This document shows, piece by piece, positions 41,160 through 55,335 of a stretch of 64,000 nt of DNA. The position numbers were made by a program, and so were the translations under genes. Origin of the DNA: Chrysomallon squamiferum (taxonomy: Eukaryota; Animalia; Mollusca); NCBI GenBank assembly GCA_012295275.1, contig CM022676.1, positions 14,942,001-15,006,000 of the forward strand, given 5' to 3'. Under the pieces are notes generated by a model that made no database searches, was not told the origin of the DNA, and worked only from the letters and a program-made list of their open reading frames with translations. Each line of letters starts with the position of its first letter. Positions within the stretch are counted from its first letter, which is position 1.

Positions 41160-41800
41160 TTATTATTATTAGTACTTTTATTACTGTTATTATAGTAATA
41201 ATTATTATTATTATTATCATCATCATAATGATCATCATCATCATAATTATGATTAGAGAAGGTAACAGGTTGAAAGCTGAAGTTGTAAAACGGGTCGCGT
41301 GTGCATTTCTGATGATGTTTACCGAAAATAACCGAATGTTGTCGAAAGCATTAACTTTCCTTCGTTATCAGCCGTAATTATCGACTAATTTCGCTGCAGG
41401 CATGTGACTAGCGCGTGTCTATTGTTTGAAAGGAAGTAAAATCGTTTTTTTTTTACGGGTGTCGGGGTAGTTGAGATATTTTCGCTGCCACAAGGTGGCG
41501 TGTTAGAATGGTATAAATTTCAAGAAATTAAACGTCAGAAAAGCCGAGTCGAGTTGCTATGACAATCACGTGACTCAATTAGCCGTGTTTTATTTTGTTG
41601 TCATATGCTGAGCGAACAAACACCGCTAAACAGTGTAGTTATTTTAATGTTCTCTTTTCTGTTTGTTTTGTTTTTCTGAACTCAGATGAAATCGTCTGGC
41701 ATAACAGATGGTGAAGCGTTTAACTTTAACCTGTTCAGTGGCACATTTTGGCTATTATTTCTAGTACTAGTAATACTACTACTACTACTACCACTACTTT

Positions 41801-41874
<74 letters not shown>

Positions 41875-42225
41875 ATAATAATAATAATAATAATACCACT
41901 AACCCAACGGGATCAAACCTGTTCAGAATACACACGCCAAACTAATTAGTGTCTGACTTGCGTTTCAGTTATAATAATGTTTGTGATAACTTGCTCATGT
42001 TGTAGTGGTGATGACAGAAGTGATAATAACAGTAGTAATCAAAATATATTTAAGATGCTTAATGAATGAGTATATATCTGTCTCTCTGTATATGCAAGAG
42101 AGAAGAAAACAAGACACTTACAGACAGGCACAAACATACGTCTGAATTTTAAAAGTCCAGAAAAAAGATTAATACCTTATTATATTAACTATTTTTTCCT
42201 TTGTAGGGAGGAGTGTATGTGTGTA

Positions 42226-42272
<47 letters not shown>

Positions 42273-43532
42273 GTGTGTGTGTGCCTGTGTGTGTGTGTAT
42301 GTATGTGTGTGTGTGTATTTGTGTGTTTGTGTTTGTGTCTGTGTGTGTGTGTGTGAGGGTGTGCGTGCAGACAAATTTTTGATAAAACATTATATATGTT
42401 GAAAATTACACTGGTTTTTGAGTAATTCACCAGACCCTTATCAACATGAGTGTGTCTGTATGTGTGTGTGGGTGTTCGTGTATGTTGTTCTGCACCTGAA
42501 TCCAGACACCCGAGATTTCCCTTTGTCGTGTCACCTTGATCTGCACTTCTTGATATTCACAGGTTAAGAATAAAACATGTACAGTTGGCGAGGCCTGCTA
42601 TCGATTACAAACTTAGTCAAATAAATCACAGCGTCTAGCAGTTGTCTTTATTCAGTGTTCATTCGGACATTTATCTTGTCGCAGAGAAAGAAAGAAAAAA
42701 AATGACATCCTTGTCGTCTCCACGTTAATAGATTGATTTTTCTTTATTTCATTATCATTGTTAGAGCTTGTTTGTTGTGGTGGTGGTTACAGTAGTGGCT
42801 AATTTAGTAGTTGTTGTCGTAGCTTTATTAGAAGTAGTAATAACTGTAGTAGTAGTAGTAACAGCAGCAAAAGTAGTAGTAGAATGGAAAAGCATTAGAC
42901 GTTACAGAAATGATAACAGTCGTTGTCGTACAGGTAGAAGGAGAATAACTGTAACAGTAGAAGATGAATTAGTAGTAGTTGTAGCAGTAGTTGTTTTTGG
43001 TGTTTTTTTGTTTGTTTGTTTTTTGGTGGGAGAAAAAGGGTTAATGTAATTGACACACTTTTATACAAGCAATAATTTTATCCTGATCACGTTTACACCA
43101 GTAAAAAGTCAACTATTGAAAGGATGAAAAAAAAAAAAAAAAAGACATTATAACTGAAAAAATTAAGTGAACAAATTAAATAAATACATTAAACAAAAAT
43201 ACTATAAGAAAAAAAAATAATAATCATATAAATAATCAAACAAAAACAAAAGCAACTACTGACTAACTAACTAACTAAGTAAATAAATAAATAAATCACA
43301 CTAAGTAATGTATTAGATGTACACATGAGACTTAACGCCAATCTTTGATCAAACAACGCATTTACTTTGAGATTTGCTGTGTAGTGTTGCGTTCCAGTTT
43401 ACTGTAATTATCTTGATAACCCAAATGCTCCTGGTATTCGCGTGGAAAAACATCAAAGAATAGCGACAAATGATCCGGCAACATCAACGTCATTATCGCA
43501 AAAATCTAAACTCGTTTTAATCCTCGAGTCGC

Positions 43533-43990
43533 CAGTTTAAACATTGACAGAGTATCGCTATAACAATAGCGTACAGTGTAACAGTATAGTCTAGTATTGT
43601 ACCATCTTGTATCAGTTTAAACAGAGTATAGCTGTAACACTGTAGTCTAGTATTGTACCATCTTGTATCAGTTTAAACAGAGTATAGCTGTAACAGACTA
43701 GTCTAGTATTGTACCATGTTGTATCAGTTTAAACAGAGTATACCTGTAACAGTCTAGTCTAATATCGTACCATGTTGTACCAGTTTAAACAGAGTATACC
43801 TGTAACAGACTAGTCTACTATTGTACCATGTTGTATCAGTTTAAACAGAGTATAGCTGTAACAGACTAGTCTAGTATTGTACCATGTTGTACCAGTTTAA
43901 ACAGAGTATACCTGTAACAGTCTAGTCTAATATCGTACCATGTTGTACCAGTTTAAACCTGTAACAGTGTGGTCTAATATCGTACCATGT
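43533..43990 (+). repeat. 56-bp minisatellite, ~7-8 units
   Basis: acagagtatagctgtaacagactagtctagtattgtaccatgttgtatcagtttaa starting at 43621, 43677, 43733, 43789, 43845 and 43901, plus partial flanking units. Confidence 0.95.
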
Positions 43991-44753
43991 AGTAACTATT
44001 CGTAGTAACAGTAGTGGTGGTAGTAGTAGTAGAATCAGTGGTAGGAAGGGTTGTTGCTTTGTAGTAGTATTAGTAGCAGTAACTAAAACACAAAGCGGCT
44101 ACATTGTTTTATATATAACAATAATAATAATAATAAGAAGAAGAAGAATAAAAAGAAGAAGAAGAAGAACTAAAGAAATATCCTTAATCTTCTATTGACA
44201 GTTAGCAAGTCTAGGCAGATTTTTAATGGGCGATGTAAAAACTGCGGAGTGTAGCATGAAACGATTTTTTATATTTTTTTTTTATGTCAACGCTACTTCA
44301 AAATGCATCGTAAAATCTAAACAGAAAGAATCAAAGAAATGGTGCTTGTAATAAAATAGTTGTGCTTTCTACGGTTTTTATTTATTTATTTTTTTTGTTT
44401 TTGTATTAGTTTAGTTTTCTGTGTTGCCTTCATATATTTTTTCTCTCTCTCTAGCGATTTTATTATAGTTTTTTTTCTTTTATTTTGCTTTTGTTTCATT
44501 GCTTGTTTTATTATTTTATTTATTTCTCGTTATATTGCTTTATTCAGTTTCGTTCTGTTATTTTATCTTTTTCTTTTTTTCAAATTATTTTCACACAAAT
44601 AAGCCTCCGGCACACACATAATAAAATTCATTGCAATAAATTAATGTCGTCGCTTTATGAACATAAAATAATTTTAGCATTATGAAAATATAGTGAGTTC
44701 ATAATTATATGACATGCGTCATACACTGCATCAGAAACTTATACTACCATCTC

Positions 44754-44847
<94 letters not shown>

Positions 44848-45163
44848 GTAATAGTAATGTAAAATAAATCATGAAAGATAAAAAAGGAAGGATTCTTTCT
44901 ATTAATACCACTTTCATTCTCTTTTTAACAAATACATTTACCTTCACGACTACTGATATTGATCCTGCTGTTACTACTACTACTACTACTGCTACTGCTA
45001 CTTCTGCCACTACTAATATGCACCACTTACTGCTGCTATTATTAGAACTAATTCTACAAATATTAACGCAATTATTACCATATAAGAAGAGTTTTATTAT
45101 GATTTTGTGTATTTGTGTGTGTGTATAAATACATATTTTCTTTTTCCTTTATTTATTTATTTA

Positions 45164-45199
<36 letters not shown>

Positions 45200-45425
45200 T
45201 TTTTTATTTTTTTTTTTTTTTTTTTTATTCAAATGAATATCTTATTTCAAGTTTATGACTGCAAAAAAGTTTTTTCATCGGATGACGATGGTTTGAACAT
45301 TAATATTTTATAAACATAAAAACACATAAATTATCTATAATCTATCTTGCTTTCATCCATTAATGCATCCATATTCCATACATATCTGTGTTTTTATCTT
45401 GTATTTATAATATAGGTGTGTTTTG

Positions 45426-45460
<35 letters not shown>

Positions 45461-46101
45461 CGTATGCATGCATACACACACACACGTATAGTTATATACA
45501 TATTAGAGACAAATAAACAGATATGTAATAATAATTATAATAAAAATAAGAATAACAACAATAGTAATAAACACACACACACGCGGTTAAATCTGTACAC
45601 ACTTAAGTTTTTATTGTGTTTGTATTCCACAATATCTGGAGTAAATCAGATAGAGTGTGTCATTTTGTCTGCTGTACTGCACTGTATAAGATTACATGTC
45701 GTATATTTTGTGACAGGTGTAAATCACTGTTTGTTACCTCTTTGATAAACACAAGACTCAGGTTGTAAAAGTGGCGGCTGAAAATTATCGTCTCTTTTTC
45801 AGACTCAACTAAAATTTTCCGGATAAAAAACTCGCCGTGTTTTTCTAGATGTACAATAGAGTTATCACCGTTTTTTAACACGAACGGTGTACATGCTTGT
45901 ATTTATGTGTGGGTGTTTGGGTCTATGTGTAAATGTGCGTGCGTACGTACGTATGTATGTATGTATGTATGTATACATGCGTGTGTGCTTACGTGCGTTC
46001 GTATATGTGTATGTATGAATATATATACATACACACACAAACAGATAGAGAGGTAGATAAATGGATGATATATTTTTATGTCTATATATATATATATATA
46101 T

Positions 46102-46247
<146 letters not shown>

Positions 46248-46359
46248 TACACTAAAAGTACATATGTATACACATTGAAGATATGTATACTGACACGAAC
46301 ACAAATATATCGCTATTTTTATATAACAGCCTGTTATTATTTTTTGAACCTTCATACAG

Positions 46360-46394
<35 letters not shown>

Positions 46395-47139
46395 GAAGTT
46401 CACAAGTTTCAAATAAAATTATCATCGCTGAAAAGCAAACTAACAGAATTTCTGTCGAAGCGGCGTCAATTTAGAAGTAAAAAAACACAAGAGATATCTG
46501 TGTGAGTTCAGCTTACCTTAAACAATCCGGACACTGCTAAATCCAGGAGAATTTTCCTCAAATCAGTTACACTGACTGAAACAATTAGTACATCTGTGAC
46601 TTCCGCGACTGTGTAGCTACATTACAACTGGACAGCTGTCACGACGTCTCTTTCCGACTGCAAGCCGAGCTGTTCGTCTGCTCCAAAACGCTTCACTTTA
46701 CTCCGGTCTCGCCATGGCCAGCTACGAGCTAATCCTTACACGCTGAGACTGTCGTCTGCTTTACCTGCACGCGATTCAAATGAGTCACATGACCCGCATC
46801 TCGGTTCGAGCTCTTACGGAAAAGGACGAATGAAGAAATGAGATTTAAAACTGATTTATGTGCCTTTCTTCTTTTATTTCTTTCTTTTCTTTTTCTTCTT
46901 TTCTTTTGCGGTTATTTCTTTGATTCTTTGTTTTCATTTTTCTTTCATTAGTTCATTTCTTCTTTCTTTCTTTCATTTCTTTGTTTATTTCTTCCTTCCT
47001 TCTAACTTTGTTTTATTTCTTTCTTTTCTTAGCCTTTCTTCTTTCATTTTCGTTAAACTCTCTGCTTCCTTTTAGTCTTCCTGACATTCGTTTCTGTTTC
47101 AACTCTCTCTCTGTCTCTGTCTCTCTCTCTCTCTCTCTC

Positions 47140-47202
<63 letters not shown>

Positions 47203-47241
47203 CTGTCTGTCTGTCTCTCTCTATCTCTCTCTCTATCTCTG

Positions 47242-47283
<42 letters not shown>

Positions 47284-47333
47284 ACTTAATACTTTCTCAG
47301 AAAAATGTTCTCTCTCTCATCTTCCTCTCACAC

Positions 47334-47465
<132 letters not shown>

Positions 47466-47735
47466 CCTCCCTCCCTCCCTCTCTCTCTCTCTCTGCTCAT
47501 TAATTTTCAATTAAAAGCGGAAACGGCGAATGGAAGGACTAATTTGTCTAGAAATCCGTCTGATTATCGACTTGTCACGACGTCTGTGTTACACGACAAT
47601 AGTCCGAGCTTTTCAATTCAGCAGCGTCACGAGCTGGAACGCGCGTTTATCGCGACGGAATATCACAAGAACGATCACTGAATGCGATGAACCGTGTCGA
47701 CATTATTCTTTCTTATTTATTTATTTATTTATTGC

Positions 47736-47784
<49 letters not shown>

Positions 47785-48565
47785 ATTATTATTATTGTTA
47801 TTATTACTATTGTTGTTGTTATTACTATTATTATTATTATTATTATTATTATCATCATCATCATCATCATTTATTCTTTTATTTATTTATTTTTTTCTCT
47901 CTCTCTCCCCCCTGCGAGGAAAGACATCATGAGGACAGGTAACAAATAAACGTTACCAAGATTAGCCGCAGGTGATTTCCTATATACATACATACATACA
48001 CACATATATATATATAATATCAGACGTTTGCGTTTGATGGCGGCACTGAATTTGCTAATCACGTCGTAGTTGTAGCCCAGTGGGGGGTATTGTCGTGAAG
48101 CAGTCACCCGCCGCGCTGTCGTAGATTGAGATTCTTTGTCGCACTGACACGTTGTAATAGACGTCGTCACACTTGCTTTAACCGGACACACAATAGACAG
48201 AGATGTCCACTTTACACAGTGTGGGAATAGCTTCTGCTTTTCTCACATAAATACCTACGTCTTTCAGAATTCTATAGATTAAGCTGTCCGCTATTGTAAT
48301 CCAAAGGAAATATTTTTATTATTTTTATTATTATTATTATTCTCTGAGTTTAGGTACCCAGTGACATCGAAAACAAATTACTGTATGTGGAGTACAATTG
48401 AGTTAGTTTCAGCTATCTTGTTATTTCGCGTATATTGTCCCTTTGTTGTTCTCACCCTCACTCATCCCCCCCGAGCTATCTCCCCGGTCATCATCAACCC
48501 ATCCAGTGATTTTCCCATCCCACATCTCCGTTCCAGATGATTGCACTGAGGATAAATCAAATATT

Positions 48566-48624
<59 letters not shown>

Positions 48625-48669
48625 TAAAATATGTTGTTTTGTCTTCCGTATAGATAAAACTTAAACATC

Positions 48670-48743
<74 letters not shown>

Positions 48744-50316
48744 GTAAACGAAAGAAAGCTTCATTATGTATTAAGTCCTGATTTGAGGATAAAGTTATAC
48801 GAATCTGTCCCTGTATGTGTATGTATCTTCTTGTTGTTGTTCTTTTTGTTGTTTTGGTTGATCTTTTTTCTATTGTTGCTTCTGCTGTTCCCTTTGATGT
48901 TGCTGCTGTTGTGGTAGTACTGTTTGTAGTAGCCGAGGTTCAGTAGTAATAGTGGTAAAAGCAGCAGCAGTAGTAGTAGTCGTTGTAGAAGTTTGTAATG
49001 GTATTAGTAGTACTAGCTGCTATCTAACATTTTGTTTCGATCTGCTGACCCTTCGGTTTCCAGACAGTCTACGGAACACTCTATACAGCTGTGTTATGTA
49101 ATTATATTTGCATATTTATATAACGTCAACATTCTTCGTCACGTCACGTTAATGAACGTGAATGATCAACATTTCTTTTAGCTTTCTTTTCTTTCCTGCT
49201 TTGTTACTGTTAAGTGGACAATGACCAGAAAATTTCCTAGGACAACAGAACGTAATAGCGATCGGACCGGATATAACTGGCCCTTGCCTCCGGTCCGGAT
49301 AAACTGACAAACAAATGTAATGAAATGTAAACTTATTAAAAAACTGTTTTGTGTGTTACAGGCAGACAGGTCACGTGCTGGTGTAATTGCGTGACATTTT
49401 AAAACTTTTGCTTTGTCACTATTAATTTGTTTGCAATCTGGGAAAGCAAAATATTTAGAAAAATGATTATCAGAGGGACAGCATTGTGATTTGGAGTCTT
49501 TTATTTAATTTTAACTTATTAACTAATTTTCATCATATAAAGTTGCAAACTTTGTAATATACTGAATAAGAGTTTTACATTTATGATAGTTGTTTATCAG
49601 AATGTCTTACACCCTGCGTCTGTCTGTCTATCCCTCTACTTTTTGTCTTTATCTGTGTGTGTCTCACACTCTCTCTCTTTGTCTCACGCTGTCTCACGTT
49701 GTGTCACCCACATCAGTTTTGGATTTAACGACAGCGGTCACACTTAATCACTCCCTAGTCGATTACATCAAACTATCACAAAGATAATCACTTAGAAATT
49801 TGCAAAAACCCTCCAGGCTCTTTTTTTTCCATCTCATTGAAAAATCATGACAGCTCCAATTTCAATACATTGACATTTTTACAATGTCCAGAGACGACTA
49901 TTCTAACGTCTGATACGAAAACGCCCGAGGTCTTCCGGAACGTACCGAACATAAACTGCGTGAACGAAATAAAGGTGATCGGCCCTGGGGAACAGATACT
50001 GATGGTCTTCGATAAGGCAGGTAGCATATGAGAATATGTTTTGTGTGACGTCATCGTCGTGACGTCACGGTCGTTACCCTTGGAGCAGTATTCTCACGCA
50101 CTGAAGAAGGTCAGGTGAGCTGTTGAACTGGAGACATGCACGGACTGATGCGCGCTGGTATTTCAGTGGGAAAAGAAAAGAGAAGAAAGAAGCGTTCTCC
50201 TGTTTGACTACACAGTTATCTCGATAGTGTGCTCTTACATGTGTGCGAAATACACACGTTTGTCACTACCATACACTGTATAAATATATGTATGTATGCA
50301 TATGTATATATGTATG

Positions 50317-50350
<34 letters not shown>

Positions 50351-50354
50351 TATA

Positions 50355-50389
<35 letters not shown>

Positions 50390-50676
50390 GCCTATATATG
50401 TTTATGTATGTATCCCTGTACGTAGTATGTGTCTGTCTATTGACGTGTGTGTATGTGTATCACTGTAACTATGTATGTATATATACGCATTTAAAAATAA
50501 ACGCATTTAAAAAAGAAGAAGAAGAAGAAGAAGAAGAAGAAAAAGTCATAGATGAAATGTTTTATAAATATGTAATGTGCTACTGGGTGGGATTAGACTG
50601 TGTAAAACTACGCGTGCTGAAACATCATCTGATGTTCTTACAGCTGATTACACGTGTCTTCTATCACTCTCCACGT

Positions 50677-50748
50677 GGTCTCATGCTGTAATGGTTAGCA
50701 CTCTGGACTTTGAATCCAGCGATCCGAGTTCAAATCTCGGTTAGACCT
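50677..50748 (+). tRNA. tRNA-Gln (anticodon TTG), variant or young pseudogene
   Basis: GGTCTCATGCTGTAATGGTTAGCACTCTGGACTTTGAATCCAGCGATCCGAGTTCAAATCTCGGTTAGACCT is near-identical to canonical metazoan tRNA-Gln; anticodon at 50710-50712; intact anticodon and T arms; T-run follows. One mismatch each in the acceptor stem and the D stem. Confidence 0.9.
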
Positions 50749-50750
50749 AG

Positions 50751-50760
50751 TTTTTGTTTT
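50751..50760 (+). terminator. Pol III oligo(T) terminator of the tRNA gene
   Basis: tttttgtttt 2 nt after the tRNA 3' end. Confidence 0.7.
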
Positions 50761-52231
50761 ATTTATTAATACTATTTTTTTAAATGTTTTATTTATGTTG
50801 CTGGTTAGTTAGTTGTTCTTTGTGTTAACTGTTCTTAAAATGTGACATTACTGTTCCACTTCGCCTTCTCAATTATGGAATGATACGACAACCACCTTTA
50901 CCACTGCTTCTACTACTTCTACAACTACTACTACTACTGCTTCTACGCATTACTACTATCGTTTATGTTGTAGCTATCACCATTATTGCGACTATGTATA
51001 TGTATATGTAAGTATATGTGTTTGTATATATATATATATGTATATATACTAAAGTATATTTATATCTAAATATATATCTATATACACATACACACAGAGA
51101 GAACGAGACATAAATATATACACTACTACTTCGATGATTTATTATTATTATATTAATACTACTATTACTACTAATATCATTGTTGTTTTTGGTATTATTA
51201 TTATTATTACTGTTGCTTTAATATTATTATTATAATAATTAATAATAATAATTATTTTTTTAATAAAGCATTATTTTAGTGTTGGTATTATTATTAATTA
51301 TTCTACTACTACTACGACCTTCCATTGTTGCCGTTACTATTATCCCTACTAGCATTGGCATCTTAATAATCGCCATCATCATCACCGTCGACGTCATCAT
51401 CATCACCGTCGACATCATCATCATCGTCGTCGATATGATCAACTCTACGCTGAGGAGGCGTTACCTCTTGAAGCAAGTCAAAAAGGTTGAATAACGCAAA
51501 CCTGATTACACAGAGACGACGTTGATAACGATTACGACAACAACAACAACGACGGCTGTGAAAGTGGACTATCAACCTTGTCTTTTGTCCAGATCACAAC
51601 CCCGTGTGTGAAGCACACTACGTCGTTTCTTTAGAAACCTCTGTAAGTGTGTGTACACACACACACACACCCCGGGTACGTTCAAGTTAGGTGAGAGCTT
51701 TACGTGAGTGGTGTGGTGACAAAAAGTGATAATTCCTCTGTAAACACTGACGTCGAAAGATAATTTCACAGTTTGCATTTCCCAGGGATTAAAACAGCAT
51801 ACGTCGATGTATATAATCATTACCTGATGTAACTATCTGTTGTCACGGTTACGCAATCCGGAGAGGACGTTAATACTGATTTATTTTCTGGGTGTTTTGC
51901 AGCTATCGCCAATTAGAACTACGCAGTAAAGATTAAAGTTTTGAGATTGTTTCTTCTCGTTGATACAACAGGCGTTAAGAAACAAAACAATAAACCAACA
52001 ACGTTGTAATGTGACCGATTAAATGAGCCACTCTGCAATGGAGTTGTTGTTGTAGTTCTTCTGTAGTTGTTTACACGATTATTCAGCTTTTGTATTTCGT
52101 CTTTTTCATACCTTTTTTCATTCTTTCTTTCTTCACTGTTTTTCTTCTTATCGTCATCGCTATTATAGCCTTTGTTGTTTTTGTTGTTGTTTCTGTGATT
52201 GTTATTACTGCTGCTGTTGCTGTTACTGTTA

Positions 52232-52275
<44 letters not shown>

Positions 52276-55200
52276 TTATTGTTATTGCTGTTTTGTTGTT
52301 GCCGTCATTAGTTTGTTCCAACATTACTATTTTAATTATTTACTGTTTATTACCAGTCATACACATCTGTAATGTAACAAACATATTCTGCGTCTCTGAT
52401 TCTGTCTTGGTGTTTCTGTAAGCGGATGTCGACTGTAAGTACATGTGTGTTTGTTATTTAAAATGATTAAACACTAATAACGCGAGATTTGAGACAGTCT
52501 GTTTATTTCACATTATTTATTCATGTATCATACATCATATATTACAGTGTGAGAAAGAAATATATTAATATATACATACATGTACATAATCTCTTTTTAA
52601 TCAACGAAACTCGTATCGCAGTCATTAATTTACAAGTAATTTTATGTTCAGTTTTGTATCGGCTATCAGAAAGTACTCACAGATTTTGTAAAATGGAGAA
52701 CTAAGACACAATGAAATGGATGCATGTTATAGCACATAATAAGAAATTAGTGAAATTTTTAAAAAAATATATATATATTTCTTTCTTGAAATAAAATAAA
52801 ATAATAAAATGAAATAAAATAAAGTAAAGTAACATAAAATAAAATAAAATAAAATACAATAATTGTAGCAGAAGCTTCAGCAAAAAAGAATGAGAACTTT
52901 CAAAAGAGAGAAAAAAAAAAAATAGAAAGTGATGGAACATAAATTTAAAGAAGAGCAGATGAAAGAAAAAAATAGGCAAAGAAAAGAAGAAAGAATCTGA
53001 AAAAAAAGCTGTTTTTCTCTGTTTAGAGCTAATAATTCACATGATTACTAAAGGTGAGTTCATACAAAGCAACTCTACCTGTTTGGATCAGATTCTTACT
53101 TACGTCATCTGGTTATTAATTATTGTGGTTAGAATTTGTCTTGCTATATTGGTATACATTTTGTTTGAAATCTATTTATGATTTATAAACAAGCGACTTT
53201 AAAACAATATAAGACAGACAATGAGAAAGACATCTGTTTTATCATCGGAATAATTGTAACATCTTTAACAACACATCAGTAATTTGACACTGTAACCTGC
53301 CGAAAGTTGAAGTATGGTGATAAAGCAATTTTCAAATCGTTACAGAAAGTCAATTCGCGTAAACCGTCTTAAGAACCTTATAATGTTTTGGATAACGCAC
53401 AACTTTGGTACATAAATTTGGTCTTCATTATATAAATCTAAATCGTCAGAAAGTTATTGTTACATTTTATATAAAACATTTTATGTACAATTTTTAATAA
53501 TAATAGAGATGGATACAGTTTGTCAAATACGGCTTAAACATAACTTTGACAAATAGCATTACATCATAGTATTCTCCCAAATCATCTAGTCTAACACATT
53601 AAATACTTTAAATCGTTATAAAAAATTGTTTCTTCCAGATCATCTTAAGTGTTTTAGTATGTAAGATTTCAGATCGTTAAAAGAAAGTAATTTTGTCTTA
53701 TAGGACGTTATAAAAGTTATAAGTACGAAAAACAGAAGTGTTCATTACAAGTTAATCCGTTTAACAACACCTTACATATATATATAAAGCCTTTCTAGCA
53801 GATTCTAAGAATTAAATAATTTATAACTGAGAGTTTACTGCCTGTCGCAGTTTTCTTTTATTTTGCCTAAAAGCATCATTCGAATGGAGTGTTTCAGCAC
53901 AATAAACATTAGAGATCGTTAGATCAAAACATTTCGTCTTAGAAAACCTTAAATGTCTTTTACACTTTTACACTTCGGAGAACCTTAAATATGTTTTGCA
54001 CTTTAGAACAGCAACCGCAGAGATGGTTACAGTGAGACATTTCATGTAGAACGGCTTTAGCAAAGTTACAGATGTGAAATCGTCATACCCAGTTTCGAGA
54101 GTTGCACGTTTTGTTGTCACGGATCAAGTGTCGGCAGTTTTCTCACGCACGAACACGCTTGGCTGAGTCTGCATATTAATACCCTACTTTAGTTTGTATT
54201 TTTTAAAATTATTTTTCCTATCCTTTTATTTGTCTTTTCTATTACGTGTATAATGTGAGTCAAGTTGTGTGAAAATGTCGTTTTAAAACTAATCGAGTGA
54301 ACACAACCCGGGGAACCAGTCTGATGACTTTGAGTGTCGAGTTGTGCGTGTAAATCTTTCAACAGTGTCTTGACACATCCAGTTTTAAAACTTCAAAAAA
54401 AATAAAAATAAAAATAAAAAATAAAAAATAAAAAATTAACAAGCACCAGAAATTATTGCCGGAAAATAAATAAATAAATGAAAAAGAATTTGAAATGAAA
54501 GAGAATGAAATAAAACAAAATAAAAGAAATGTTTTAAAGATGAAACGAAACGAAACCTATAGCTAAGTCCTGACTAAATCCTCTTATCAGCTCTAGAAAG
54601 AAGAAAACAATTTATAAAAATAAATAAATTAATAAATATAACTCGGTCGGACTATAAAGAAGTACGATCTTTTGTGGTTTTTAAGACAGCTTTGTTTTCA
54701 TAATAATACATTTGTGATTTATAGATACTAGATTTTCTCAGTAGCTTTACATACTCTTCCCTGACTTTTCTTTTTACATCTTGTCCCCCCGCTGTGCTCA
54801 GAAATCATAGTTGAGAGGTTTCCTTTACAAATCACGTGACCTGCAGTGTGGCGGTGGTGATACTTTCTTCTCTCTGAGTATCGACACAGATCTGTCATCG
54901 TGCAAGATTGTCACATTTTGTAACTTAATTTGATTTCATAATTACTTGACCGATTTCCAAGAAAAATTCAAAAAGTCAGTGAGTTAGCCACTCCTACTAG
55001 TGTCAGGTAGAATCTCGGTTGTCTGTAGAACTTGTGAATTTATTCTTATATTAATTAATCCACTTTTAATTTACTATTGCTTTTCAAATTGTAAAGCCGA
55101 TTATCGATAATTTTATTTAGAGTATTCAAGTTGAATTACGAATATAAAATGATCGAAAATCCTAGTCAGTGTCTGAATATTCAAACAACTGCTTGGATAA

Positions 55201-55335
55201 GAGAAAAAAAGTAGTAACAGTAATAACAATGACGAGTTACTGGTTTAAAATGTTGTTTTCATTCTAATTTGAAATTTTCGTTGCTCGCGGTAAACTTCAC
55301 GTTGTTTCCACTTCGTGTTGTTGTCGTAGCTGTAG

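Noticed and set aside
48220-48247. Su(H)/CSL paired site (GTGGGAA ... TTCTCAC)
   Set aside because: The spacer is 12 nt, shorter than the ~15-17 nt required for cooperative paired sites.
49261-49300. GC-rich hairpin ggaccgga...tccggtcc (and ggtcgcca...tggcgacc at 34252-34287) as structured ncRNA
   Set aside because: Stems are only about 8-11 bp with no other supporting feature; compatible with chance or MITE remnants.
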